DNA from: Balanoglossus misakiensis
Lineage: Eukaryota > Animalia > Hemichordata
Direction: 5' to 3'
DNA length: 64,000 bases
NCBI GenBank assembly: GCA_040954595.2
Contig: CM082576.2
Coordinates: 3,508,760-3,572,759 of the forward strand
Shown here: positions 43,901 through 56,766 of the stretch, in pieces
Layout of the letters: every line of letters starts with the position of its first letter
Numbering within the stretch: the first letter of the stretch is position 1
Made by a program: the position numbers and the translations under genes
Notes under the pieces: model-generated
What the model saw: only the letters and a program-made list of their open reading frames with translations
What the model was told of the DNA's origin: nothing
Databases searched by the model: none

Positions 43901-46655
43901 ACAGTACTACTCACTATCATTTGTTGGTTTAAGTGAAAGTATTTTAATTAAATTAAAATCCCAAATTACAAGTTTACAACACTTCTCAATACAAACGCAT
44001 ATAATCAAAATCTGTGCGCAAGTAATTTGTACGTTTACATTTGAGTACGTTGAACAACCGAGAACTTTAATATAATTATTCGAGACAACCTCGGAATAAC
44101 CTTGGAATGTTAACAGAGCGTATAGATGCCATACTTTTAACGAAGATTCTGTCGTTCTTCACGCTCTTTCAATTTTTCACCACAAAATCTCCCTTGATAT
44201 ACAATTGATACAATTGTTATTACTGCAAACATTGCAAATTCCATTGTCAGTATTTTTGTAGTCATAAATAATACAAAACTTGCTGGCCCGGGGTGTCACA
44301 TGTCACGTGACGTACGCAAGTCGTTCACAACTCACAAGACAATATTTGTGGGGTGAATGCCCTGTATGTCAGAGATCACCGGACCACGACCACGTGACTG
44401 GTCCACAAGGCAAGTTTGCGAGGTGAAATTCTTGTCTGGAACATTGCAATGTGATATAAAGAATTAGGTATGGGTTTGTTCAATGCGCCAGTGTGACAAA
44501 GTACATGTAAAGCTTCAAGGTAATTAAACTACATAGAGAATGAAGACCACACGGTTAAAGCATGCCCCTTGTAAAGTGCATAAGAATGTGTTACAACGAA
44601 GATAAAATTTGCGAAAAACACGTGTCCCAATGAAAATGCTTACATGCATATCAAAATCATGCATGTCTGTCATCACAACACAGTCACGATTCTAACGGCA
44701 CGGCTCCGCCGTGTCTGGTCACGTGTTCACCAGCTATCTCCCCTGACGTGATACACGTCAGGTACACCATATCACTGCAGAGTTCAAAGAAATTCCCAAC
44801 GTTGTTTTTGTAAATTTTCTAACCTTTTCTTTGACGTCTCGTCGCTCAGCCTGAGTCATTTGTAAAATGTGCGAAATCACAGAATGCCTGTATGTAGGCC
44901 CTACATTCCCGCATTTCAAAATTCAAAATCAATAACAGACGACTATATAACCACCCCACAGTCATAAAAGCGACCTCAAAACTTTTTGTAGAATTTGGAA
45001 ATCGGGAAGTGGGAGTCATCTTTGCGAGTTTTCAACTACACGAAACTTCAAGATTTTCACCTGAGAAATGCTTATTCTGTACAAGGCACGGTCATCGCTG
45101 TTGTTGCTTTTGTTTTTCTCGTCGAGGGACTCCGTGCTGGCTGGCTAGGCCTGCTCCAATTAATCACACCGTACTTCATATACATGACACATATTGCGAT
45201 AATAAAGTTGTCGGTACAAGGCACTGAATTACCCGTGATTTCCAAAACAAGATAATTTGTGTAAAATATAATCCATCAAAAAGTCTGATCTCAAGCAATA
45301 ACACAATACACACTATGGGTTAAAAACTCAAGTTAAAACCTCATACATGTATAAAACATCAAAACTGACAAAACAGAATAGCATGCTTTGCTATCAATAT
45401 TGAATGCTGTTACAAAACACAGTGACAAGACGGTGGGATTAATAACCCTGTCAAAGTATTAAGACGATTTATATTTCAGGTTTAAATTACAAGGCCCCTT
45501 GAACACTCAATAAAAACTTGAATATTCAAACTGATTTATACTTAACTTACTTGGAATAGATGACGTCAAATTAACTTGGGACGTGTTACTGATAATTTTG
45601 ATACACTGTACTAAGTCTAGATTTTTTTCGATTTTTTTAACACAATGCCTGAAAACTTCAAATTGTCCGTCAATTTTTTAACACAACATTGTTCTCTTCA
45701 CTCTTGCTCGAATATTAGTCGTGCGGATTTTTTCATGACCCAAGTTTCAGATATATTTCTCGTGTTATTTTAAAACAGCAGTAAACCTTCTAACCATAGA
45801 TTGATCGTGTCTGAAATGTGCACATGTCTGGTTTTAAATGTAAAACCGCGTCTATTGCCGGTCAAATAACTTACTCTAGGAAAAGTGTTTTCTTTTGTCA
45901 TGGTATTTGGTTAGGACATCTTGTGGTGATGCAGTGAAATAAGTTATCTGTAAAATATTCATCAAAGAATAGCGAAGTGTAGCCAAATGTAAATGCATAC
46001 GAGAAATGTTACATGTATTAGCCCCGAAAAAAATCCTGTATTACCTAACTTATTTGGATTAAGTAGTTGGACGAGCAGTAGACGCCCGCGGTAAATAACT
46101 AATGAACTCTCTTTGGAAACAGATATTAAATTAACAATGAAGCCAAAAAGGCAAAATGAGAGCTTTGTGCTTAATGAATTAAACGTTCTATACTTGATGT
46201 TTCTGAAGAAGTTATTTTACTCCTTATTTTCTCGATTATACCACGTGATCACGGTGGCAGATCACGGATTCACCGTATAGTCACGGTGCTATATTCCACT
46301 TTTTTGTCAGTTTGCGGTTCATAACGGTCGCCATGATTGTCGCTGGCCTGGATCCGTTCGCCGCAAACTGCATTGCGTAAGTGCTTGCTGTTGGTCCATG
46401 CTGTACACAGGACCGATTTTCTGGTGCCTGGGGCGGGAAATGAACTCACGTCAACACAATAAGTACACCTTCAAATGCGAGAGTTTGTGAGAAGACACAA
46501 ATTCCCCATGGTTTACATTCAAATTGTGCAAGTTTTCCCAACCCCGACTTCGCAGTCGTTATTCACATAAAGACAAAAGTCCGTTCAGGTTGTGCGATCG
46601 ATGTCAAGCATACTTTTTTACAGTAAAAGTAAAACCATGCCAAGTGCCGCAAACG

Positions 46656-49600
46656 CTAGATCGTCGTTATGAGCGCCTCGACCAAGAACACCTCGGCGGA
46701 ATCGTCGGTGAGCATGGAGACCTCGGTCGAACTGGTGCTGATGCTCAAGGCTTTCTTCGGGTTCCAGTTCTTCCTCTTCTGAACGAAGGGGATGAGGACG
46801 AGAAGAATCGCCGCGACGACCAGCAGACCGCCGCCGATGTAGAAGGCGATGGTGAAGGACTCCGTGTGATCGTACGTAGCACCTGGTGAGATAAAGGTGG
46901 AGATAAGGTGATTGGCCACAGACACCCGTGTGTGCGTTTTTCAATAGCTGGCGTGTTACTTAGTAACCGATTTGATTAGATTCAGCTGGGTTTTTGCTGT
47001 TCTCATTCTGCTGCCGCCGCCACCTCTCGATAGCAGCAGACGAGAACAGCAGATACCCAAGGAAGGTAAACTAGACCAGTCCTCTATCTCAACAGCTGAT
47101 TTCAATCAGATTGGTCAGTTACGTCACAGTCCGAGGTGACATGTGCGTGATTACAATCGCAAAAAGGAGGAGTACCATGAACAACTTGACTGAACCGTTA
47201 GACAGAATCGGTCTGGGAAGCGCATTTCATCAAACACCTGTCGTTGTACTTGACAGTGTTAGAGATTGAAGCACTATACACACCTGCGATACTTGGGCCA
47301 ACCATGATGCCGATACCAGCGGCAACCAACGACAGCGTCCAAGCCTCTGCCAATATCTCCATTCCGAACAGATCCATACTCGCTTTGAACAGCATCGAGT
47401 TCAGTACACCCATGAAGAACCCGAAACCTGCAACACCAATGTTTGTTCACATTTTCAATTCATGAGTTCATGTTTATTAGACACACCAAACGTACCTGTC
47501 ATTTCTCAAGTCTAACTTCATGAACTACTATAAACTCAAAACTGCTAACTTATGTTTATAGTTCCAACACTCACCTGACCCGAAGACTATCATCCCGGAG
47601 AATGACGTAATAAAAAGCAAGCTGAAAATGCCGAGCGCCATCACAAGGGCCGACATAGGGTAGAGGTAAATGACGTGAAATGGCAGACGATCACCAATCA
47701 GCGCTGACGTTGAACGGCCCAGCAGATCCGCGATACCCATGGCAGTGAGGGCGAGCGCCCCACGAAATTCTGGAATTCCAATCGTTGTCATGAACTTTAT
47801 CTGCGTAGGAAAGGTAGAGTTTCCCGTTAGAACTTACAACACACTTAGAAATGTAAAAAGTCAATGCCATAGTCCCTCCCAGGGCGGAATGTTTTTGGCT
47901 GTGTACAGACACGCACAAAAAAAATAAATTTGTGATCATCTGGGCTTTGATATGGTGAGATTCAAAACAGTATTATGGCGACAAGTTGTCTTTCCAAGAA
48001 AAGTTTAATTTTACCCTTTCGTGAACAAAAACGCAGGTAAAAGGTTGTAGGTATCAATAACATCCCCGTGAGAGACAGCTGTCACGCGGGAACCGTAGCA
48101 GAGTCCACTGAGCCAAAGTCTACAGTCCACGACGTAATGCCTTGATTAATTACCTTTGGCGTATCAGTTTGATGTGCCTAAACCTCACAGTAACTGTGCC
48201 ATGTTGGCAGCATGTTATACCATCACAGACTATGCGACAAATCCGTTTCAAGTTTTGGTATTCTAAAAACTTACAAGTGGACATAATTCATTGATAACCC
48301 AAACCCGACAGTCCAGTTTCCTATCTTGTTTGTTTAAGAATTGATCTTAATTGAGGATAGAGTCAACACGGTGTATCTCAAAACACTGATGCCTCAAAAC
48401 CTCTGCGTAATTTATTATTTATGTTGTCAGACTCAATGGTCTGGCTGTTGCCTTCTTGGGTACGAATCTGAGCATCAAACAGCAAAGGTATGCGAGATGG
48501 GTTCTGAATTGCCTTTAATCCCTGGCATTGACTGTGCCCAGGCACTAAATATTATTCACTCCCCGGGGGGGAAAAACTCTAGGGCATAAATATCATTCAA
48601 AGATTTTTCTCCTAAAACTATCCAGTAACACTTTTAGGTGTACTCTAAAATTGCGGGACCGCCCCCTGATATCGAACCTAACAGTAACGCAAACACATAG
48701 GCCATAGAATTATCTCCTCTCTCCCCATGTCTGTCAGTATGCCTGCCTGTCTATCTGTCAGTCACCCTCTATCAGTATCAGTCTGTCAGCCTGGGTCACC
48801 AAGTCATCTAGTCTATCACACAAAGATAAAAAACATTCGGAGATCAAAATGCGTCAAGAAAATCACCAACTCACCATGTTGACGAAAGGAAATATGAGGG
48901 ATAAGTTGACGAAAATATTGCCGATGATCCACAACATCATTCCCGGTGCCACGAGGGCCTTTTTGAAGGATCTGACGTATTCCCTGAAAGTGTGCTTTTC
49001 ATGCACTTTCTGGGAGTTCTTCATGAGGGCTTCCTTCTGTTCTTTGGTGGCCTCCAGGTATTTCCAGTGTCTCTCATGATCTCTGGGCGCCGGTGAGTAA
49101 GTGGCAACGCAGAGAATGCCAACGACCAACACGACCCCACACAGTATCCTGAACGAGTGCCGCCATCCCAAATGCTCGCAAAGGATCTCCATGACGGGGT
49201 TCAGAACCAGCGACCCTGAAAATCAGTAAGAAGGCCACATGTCGTTGGTTTGTTCCTCTCTTAACTTAAAACTTTGACGACTGATCCAACTCTCCCTCTC
49301 AATGTTCTGCTCATACATTCACCCGCCCCATCGAAAACAGCACAATCGAAAACAAAGGCACCAGGGCACAAGGGTTCGACATTCTATACTTGGCAGAGTG
49401 ATTAAACGAACGTGCTCTCATAATCTGTCTTACCTACACTCCAGCCGAGGGTGGCAAAGCAGGTGGCCCGCGCACTGTTCTTCCTGGGGAAGTACTGTCC
49501 GATCAGGTTCAGCGATGAATTGTCGATGAAATTCGACCCGACCCCGTACAGCAGGCTGTAGGTCAGGAACAGGTAACGGGGCTCGGGTACGAAGGACGAC

Positions 49601-52600
49601 GTGAGCATTCCCAAGGAACACATAATCACTCCGACAAAGGCAACTTTCCTGTGCCCGAATCTCTTGAACAGACCCGTTGATATCGGTGACGCAAAGAAGA
49701 ACATTCCGAACGCCAAAGAACCAATCCATCCTAGAAAAACAACCATAGAAACACGGAATATCAGTCATAAATAGGCAACTGACAGCTATAAACCCCATAA
49801 TCATTCAGCTTTTCTTCGTTTACCTGGTTTTTATTGAATAAATGTGGTTTAAGTCAAAATGACGATAGGAAAATCAAGATGGCAACAGGTGGTTATGGTC
49901 ATACATGTTGGCCACAGTCCATCTGTGGAATGACATTACTTTGACTTTGTCGAACATTCCGCCGTAGCATCGGCCCCTTCACTGTCACAACCCCGACAGG
50001 GAACAACTGTAGTTTCGGAGAACGTTCCGTACGCTCGCTCTCTGGTCCACCAGGTTGAAATCTTTAGAAATCGATATCAATCGATTGTCATTTGCATGTT
50101 GTTTAGTTACATCTGTTTACTTCAGAATTCTGTAATGTTTAATATTTTTGCTCTCATCACTCGCTCAAGCTTGATATTTTAACCCAAGTGGCGAGAAATC
50201 GTTTCGTGTGTTACGGGACGAGAACTATTTTTGTATGACGTGTGCATTCGCACATCATTTGGTGATCGGGTTCGAAGTCCTTTTTTCTGCCTGGTTAAGC
50301 GAAACCTATAAACTTTTGAACTTTTCCCCAATTCCACCCACTATTTCAGACCACCACGTCAACTTACACAGTCAATGTATTGGTGTGGCAAGTGGAAATC
50401 TTAATGTGGGTAGGCCGCGCTACCTTTACCTCCCATCAATCTATTGTTTTTTGTTCAGCTATTGTCTTGACCATATATGGATATACAGCGCAAGCGGTCA
50501 AGACGGCGGCGCGGCCTTCCACAGACGGCGGAATGAAAAAGGATACGATCGATTTTTTTAAAGTTTGGTTTAGCCATGACCTTGGCCTCAGAGTATAAGT
50601 ACTGCGGCAAGTGGTTCACAGGAAACTCCTGTTCACGAAAAATGACAGGAATAACATGTTTGCGGTCCAGGCTGTAATAATATGTCACATTTGCAATAAA
50701 ACCTCCACTTCGTGAGGGTCACGCGACCATGACGTCATCATAGAGCGAGGGCGAGGAGGAACTACCCCGAAAAATAAAGGAGGAATCAGAGGGGATCAAA
50801 TCAATCTAACTTTCCTACACTCCCTAGATTTTCTTTAGACACGAAAGTCGTGTCGTTTGTCAGCGCTTCTTCCGAAGTTTTCTCATCGCTCGGTTAAAAA
50901 GTGACAGTGTGCGCCCTATCGGCAGATTCAAAAACCTTTATATGAATAAAATTCTTACGAGCTTTTAAGTACCATTTATGAACCCAGTGAGTAAGCCCCA
51001 TATAAGTCTTCTCTGCCACCCGATTTTATTTAACATTTTATCATTTTGTGACATGGATCGGCCTTGATCCTCCGGTCTCAAACGACCCGAGACATTCGTG
51101 ACGTCATCGAACAATGTACGGAAACGACCATTTTGCAAAATCGACCGACGCAGGGCAAGTACATGCAATGATGATGATGTGTATGACACTACACAGCAAG
51201 CTATAGCAGCTGACCCACTTTACTCACGTTGAGGTCACCGTGCGGGCATGTTTTATGATGCGACACTTGTGATGGTGCTTCGTGTAGTCGATTTGCAATA
51301 TATTTCTCTTCGTGATAACCGAAAACAACACCATCAAGTGGTCTCGAGTGCAGAAACTTCACGTCCCAGAGCCAAGACGACGGAAACGCCAACAAGAATG
51401 CACTCAACGTACAGGGATGGTTGAAGGACGGAATCATAATGCAACGTGAACTGCAAGGCGCTAAACACGGTGAATATGTGACTGCTTCGGGTACACTCGA
51501 AACTTGATTCTTACTAAGGCCAATAGTTTCATGATCAAGTAAGGCTATATATAAAGGTTTTGGGTTGACGTCTTCTGATATGGCAAATCCCAGGCAAGAC
51601 GAGAATATTTATGAACGCATTCACTTTTTGTCATAGCAATAACGGACTGTCTTCAGATAGGTCTCGAGTTGACACCAGCCTTGAACTGTGCTGACGGAAA
51701 ATCGGTTGCAGCGTCGGAAATAATTATGACAGTGTGTTAAGTGAGATACGGACGGCCATTGATATGTCATCCTTCGATCAGCACACTTTGGTTTATATTA
51801 AGTAGTTCTTCTGTGTACTATCTCCCCGGATGGTTTGAAGGCCAGCCGAGCCGAGGGAGGGATGGGCCCCTGTCCGAATAAATATTGCTTGGCCAGTGAA
51901 GGATACGATATTTTAGTGCGTTGGTGTTTATCTTCATATTTAGTACGGACATATGGATTTTTTTGTATGTTTGTGATCAGTATTGGGAACGAATCGATAT
52001 GTCATGGTAGTGACGTGGTGTTTATGTCGATCGCTATCATCATTCGCGCAGTCAATGCGTTTCAGCTGACGTCACCCCACTGGTCCATAAGCCAGCACTG
52101 ACCTGCAGATATTCATGTGTGTTTATTGGGGATTTGCATTCGGAATCATGTTTGTGTGCTGGCTCTCCAATGTCCATTGCGTAACGTGTTTTTCTCGTCC
52201 CATTCTGCTTATACTGAACCACTGCAACCTTGAAACTATATCGGGTGGGGGGGGGGGGGGGGGGATACGAGGTGCCGTGCTCCGCCTGCAAACACCGTGA
52301 GCCGTCAGAAGGTTAGCCGTCAGAATGCAAATGCCTCGTCGTTATATTTTGTTTGCGCAGACTGTGACATAAAATGAAAAATAACAATTGGAATTGTCAT
52401 GGAGCGCAATCGACGATTTCAATCCGGCGCAGCATGCAGTCCTCACACACTTTATTTATCTCCCGATTGAGTTCAATTATAGACGTGTGATATTACGTAA
52501 GCCGCATGATTACTCTGTTTGTTCATAAAAACATAACGGTATCGCAAACCTAGATAACCACTGAAATTATGCCTTGCGTGTATAAAATCGATGTCTTCTT

Positions 52601-55600
52601 CAAACTGGGTCTTCCACATTGGAAGTTGTACCGTGGCATGACCCGCATCTATTCAAAAACACCATTACCATGACAACGGAGATTGTAGGCGCATATCTCA
52701 GGGAGAACTCATAGGTTTGTGACTTTTGGACCTCGTTGCCCGAAGTATTCAAGTTGGTATTCCAGTATGTTATAAACGAAAGACATTTTTATAGGGCGGG
52801 TCAAGATATAGTTATTGGATTTTTATGAATACTTCACACGGTTTTCAACGAGATTTTATGTTTCAACGAGCGCACTTCCGCCGATTGTATGCAAAATGTG
52901 GCATGATACGTCTCGCTCCGTACTCCGATGATGACGGCGATGCCAGCGCTAATCATTATGCGGCTGCCACTGAAGTGTATCGTAAAACGAAAGCCGGTCC
53001 TCGTGACGAGACTGCCACTCCCAGATATTTGCAAACAATACACTCTCTTTCTGAAAACAACAAGCTTTCAAGGTAAAGACTGCCATCTAAACCATAGGCA
53101 AGGGCAATGGCATGTGATATCACGTGGACTGACGACGTGTACACAAGGCCCAGTTTTTCACGAAAACCGAAAAAAAGTAGTCGGAATCTCCTCTTAAAAG
53201 CAGGTCGGGTCACGAGTCCGTCTCCTGGTCCAAAAAGACCACGCCGCTAAATCGTGGCACGTTAGACAAAACCCACTACGGACTCGGAACTCGCCCTGGT
53301 CAAGAGATGTGCAACTTTTGAATATAACGGTGCACACAGCATAATATGTTTGCTCCTATATCTCAATGGATCAAGCATCCGAGATTGCAAACAAGAGGGT
53401 TCATATCAATCTGTTGAAGTACGCGGAAAAAGAACCATAACGCGTTGGTTCAGTCTCCTCTGACTGTTTAGTCACGATCTTCATCACGTTGATCGGGCGA
53501 TTTGTGTAGAATTATATAAAAGTCTCTCTCTCTTGCGTCAATCACCCTGTTGACTGAACGATGTCAGTTGGTGTACAGTACACATCATAATTATTAATGC
53601 GGGCAGTTTTTGGTGGCATCACCAGCGGTGTATTGCAAAACAAGCATGCGGCAACTAGGTTGTCTTGCACGCGACATAGGAATGATCAGGGTGGGTTGCA
53701 TCAGCCAAGTAAAGGTGTATCGGTAAATTCTCACTGAACTGACCCACCCACGGTCCCTTTGTTAATATCAGCATAATGACATACTGGTAGGAATACCCCT
53801 ACATTGCAGTATAGCATGGCACGCTAGCATTTATCGTTTTAAAAGAATAATCCGCGGTTGTTACAAAATGAATATAATGCGACCGTTTGCCCGTGAATTG
53901 AGACCTATACTGTAAACACGGCCAAATTAAACGGTACAACGCATAATTCTTAGACGGACTAATTAAAATTCAGAACATGATTAAATAATAATTTACTTCG
54001 TTGTGATAAACGAGTCACTGGTCACGCGTCAAGCGTTTTAGCCTGTAAGCTTATTAGTATATGAGTTTTATTTGAGCCGGACTGAAAGTAAAATGGACAT
54101 GGAGTGTCCTTCGCTAACATTGAGAACTGTGTAGACATCCAGGGTTGCGTCAGCCTGTGTTTTTGTGAATATCGCCTTCTCATTTAAATTGCCCCTGGCG
54201 TTGAAGATGTGACGTAACATGAGGAGAAAGTGAATGATTTCGATCCAGCCAACCTTCCACGCGGTCACGACGTGACTGAATCCCCGCACAACAACACAAT
54301 GGGAACTCCAAGTGTGTTGTCGCTCATCACAGCGTCTGGCAGTATAGTACAATACCCGCCAAACAATAGGACAGAGAAACCCGAGAAGACGTACAGTGGA
54401 TATTCGAGAAGCGACCCTAAGGAGCCGCCCTACACTCGCGAAACACGATAAACAACGTCACTCTATTGGAATGAGAGAGGGAGGTAAACACAGAGCCAAG
54501 AAAAGGCAGAGCAGATACTAGGCTAAATGGGATTACCGATTAGTACCGAACTTCGGTAGCAAGCAACCACAAGAAATGCTGCACTTAGGTTTTGCGGCTG
54601 CAGTGGTTTGAAGTTAATTCGCACGCAGGTTGCCAGAAATAGACTGGGCATAGATGGCCAAGAATCCTGACAAAAACAAAACTACAGAATGAAAGTTCAA
54701 CTAAACGTCTCATATTAAAACAAAACGTCTAACAAGTTATTAGAAATTCATTTCTAAAAAGGTTGGAAGTTTGACCGAGCGTTGCTTAAAAATTGGGGTA
54801 GTTGGTCGTGATACGGTTTGAAACGCTGACAGGACAAATTTATTATGGAAGAATTTTAAGTAGACTCAATAAAAAAGTTGAAATATAAGAAAGGTAATTA
54901 CAAATTGCCAGATAAAGCCGTTACTGGTGTGTACAAGGTTCATCACGGTCACTGAGAGTACGATCATTTAATTCAACAGAATGTGCGACAATGGTAGATG
55001 CGCGTATCCACGAAAGTTAATAGTATACTCGATTAAAAAGCGGACACAGCTGTATCTGTGTGCACTGGATTTAACGGTCCATGTGAGATTCGCCTCTGTT
55101 TGTCAGCTGATCAGATGTACATTAATATCGAATTAATTATGTTGCTGCCGCCCGATTTTGAAATGCAAAAATAAATTCACACGAGGCTTTACCCAAGTTT
55201 AATCATTCGTTTTGGGTCACGGTGTCGCTGGCCACTTTTGTGTACGGGGATCCGTACGTGCGGTGACAGTGACGAGGTCAGCTGCGGGGAGCGACCGTTT
55301 TCAGTTGAGGCCCAGTGAGAAAACGGGAGGAAATTATCAGCGGGTAAAGGCCCAAAATTTATCTCGTTTTTTTTACAGTAATTTCATCGCCTTTTGAAAC
55401 CATTTCTTATGTATCATTAGAAAGTAGCTTAAATTGTCAAACAAAAGGCTACAGCCTCGAACTTGAAGTTGGGAACGTCGGCATCATTGATCGTTACAAT
55501 TCATGCAAAATCCTAGATGTCCTTTGTCCCAGCTGAAGCGATCAGTGTTTTAATATGCCGTACCCAAAACAGATTGAATTGTTATCGAGATGTTTATCAA

Positions 55601-55908
55601 ATGATTCATTGCAATCCTTTGCAAATAAAAAAGAAGGAAAGCAAAAATAGAATCACGAACGGTCGAAGTTTAAAACAAAAAAGAGTTGTTTGTGCTGTAT
55701 GGAAATAACATTAACATACAATGCGATTTATGTAAATATGTAATTATATTTAAACTAACTGACCTGTCTCTAGATCGCTGATTTCATATTCTTCCTGCAG
55801 TTTGACAAAAATTACCCCAAAGGCGCTCGGAATACCAGTGACGGGTATACATACGATGAAGGTGCACACGGTCACCACCCATCCCCACTTGTTTTTAACT
55901 GGCACCAT
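46656..55908 (-). CDS. SLC16/monocarboxylate transporter family MFS protein; exons ~55908-55764, 49730-49434, 49215-48875, 47800-47575, 47427-47284, 46882-46656
   Basis: First exon MVPVKNKWGWVVTVCTF..SAFGVIFVKLQEEY (too short for the ORF track) splices in frame to GWIGSL..SPISTGLFKRFGHRKV. Also YLFLTYSLLYGVG, QYFPRK, LGWRHSFRI and GPSIAGATYDHTESFTIAFY. Confidence 0.9.
46966..47115. repeat. Nested inverted repeat / long hairpin in the last intron of the SLC16 gene
   Basis: Inner arms 46987-47014 and 47033-47059 pair almost fully. Outer arms ~46966-46988 and ~47093-47115 pair imperfectly. Confidence 0.75.
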
Positions 55909-56689
55909 TTTCAACGGTGAGCGATCGGTTCAGCGGAGGCCGTGTGTTTGTCGCTTTAAATCGCCGGTACGGTTCCACGGCTTGCCTGCTGACAATTGCC
56001 CAATGCCCCGAACAATCAGCTGGTAGATCAGCTGGCTTATGAATATTAATAAACCACGTGCGTGGTGAGTTGGCCTATCGCAGTCCGAGTAGGGACATGG
56101 GCGTTTCCCCAAGTCAGCTGATTGTTGCACAACTTAACGACTGGATCGGGTTGCTCAACAACGGACGCCTCCGCAATGCATTGTGATCGTCGAAAAACAC
56201 ACTCGTATATCATTCACCCAAGTGGGCATTTCGCAATCCGCACCAAAATAGCATTCACATCAGAACGGCCCACGAGGAAATCCCCAAGTTCTCTCTTTGT
56301 TGGCGCATGGCAGATGTGCTGAAACGGGAAAGCCAATTTTATGGTTGCCGTCCTTTAGCTGTAACCACAGTCTTTCCCGCAATCAAACTGTGAATATATA
56401 ACCACATAGATCCGTTGTTAACGTTTACCTGGATGTGTTTTTACCACACCGTTATATGCACAATCCACATGCATTATATAACGTATTCATTTAAAATAAG
56501 TAACGATACAAATATGTCCCCTCTTTTGACATGTCTTTGTTCTTTTTGAGTTATTACAATCAATGCATAAACTTATCTGAGGTCTTGTCAGTGTCGGCCC
56601 CGCTCGGTTGTGTTTTTCGAATTGAAAAGGTTAGGTTAATTTTAACTCTTTATGTACGATATATTCTGTGTTATTAAATTAATTGATTT

Positions 56690-56690
<1 letters not shown>

Positions 56691-56749
<59 letters not shown>

Positions 56750-56766
56750 GTTTGTTTGTTTGTTTG
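56691..56766. repeat. Compound microsatellite (TTAG)14(TTTG)5
   Basis: Directly visible tandem tetranucleotide repeats. Confidence 0.95.

Noticed and set aside
56691-56746. (TTAG)n as a telomeric or interstitial telomere repeat
   Set aside because: The unit is TTAG, not TTAGG or TTAGGG, and it grades into TTTG; an ordinary microsatellite.
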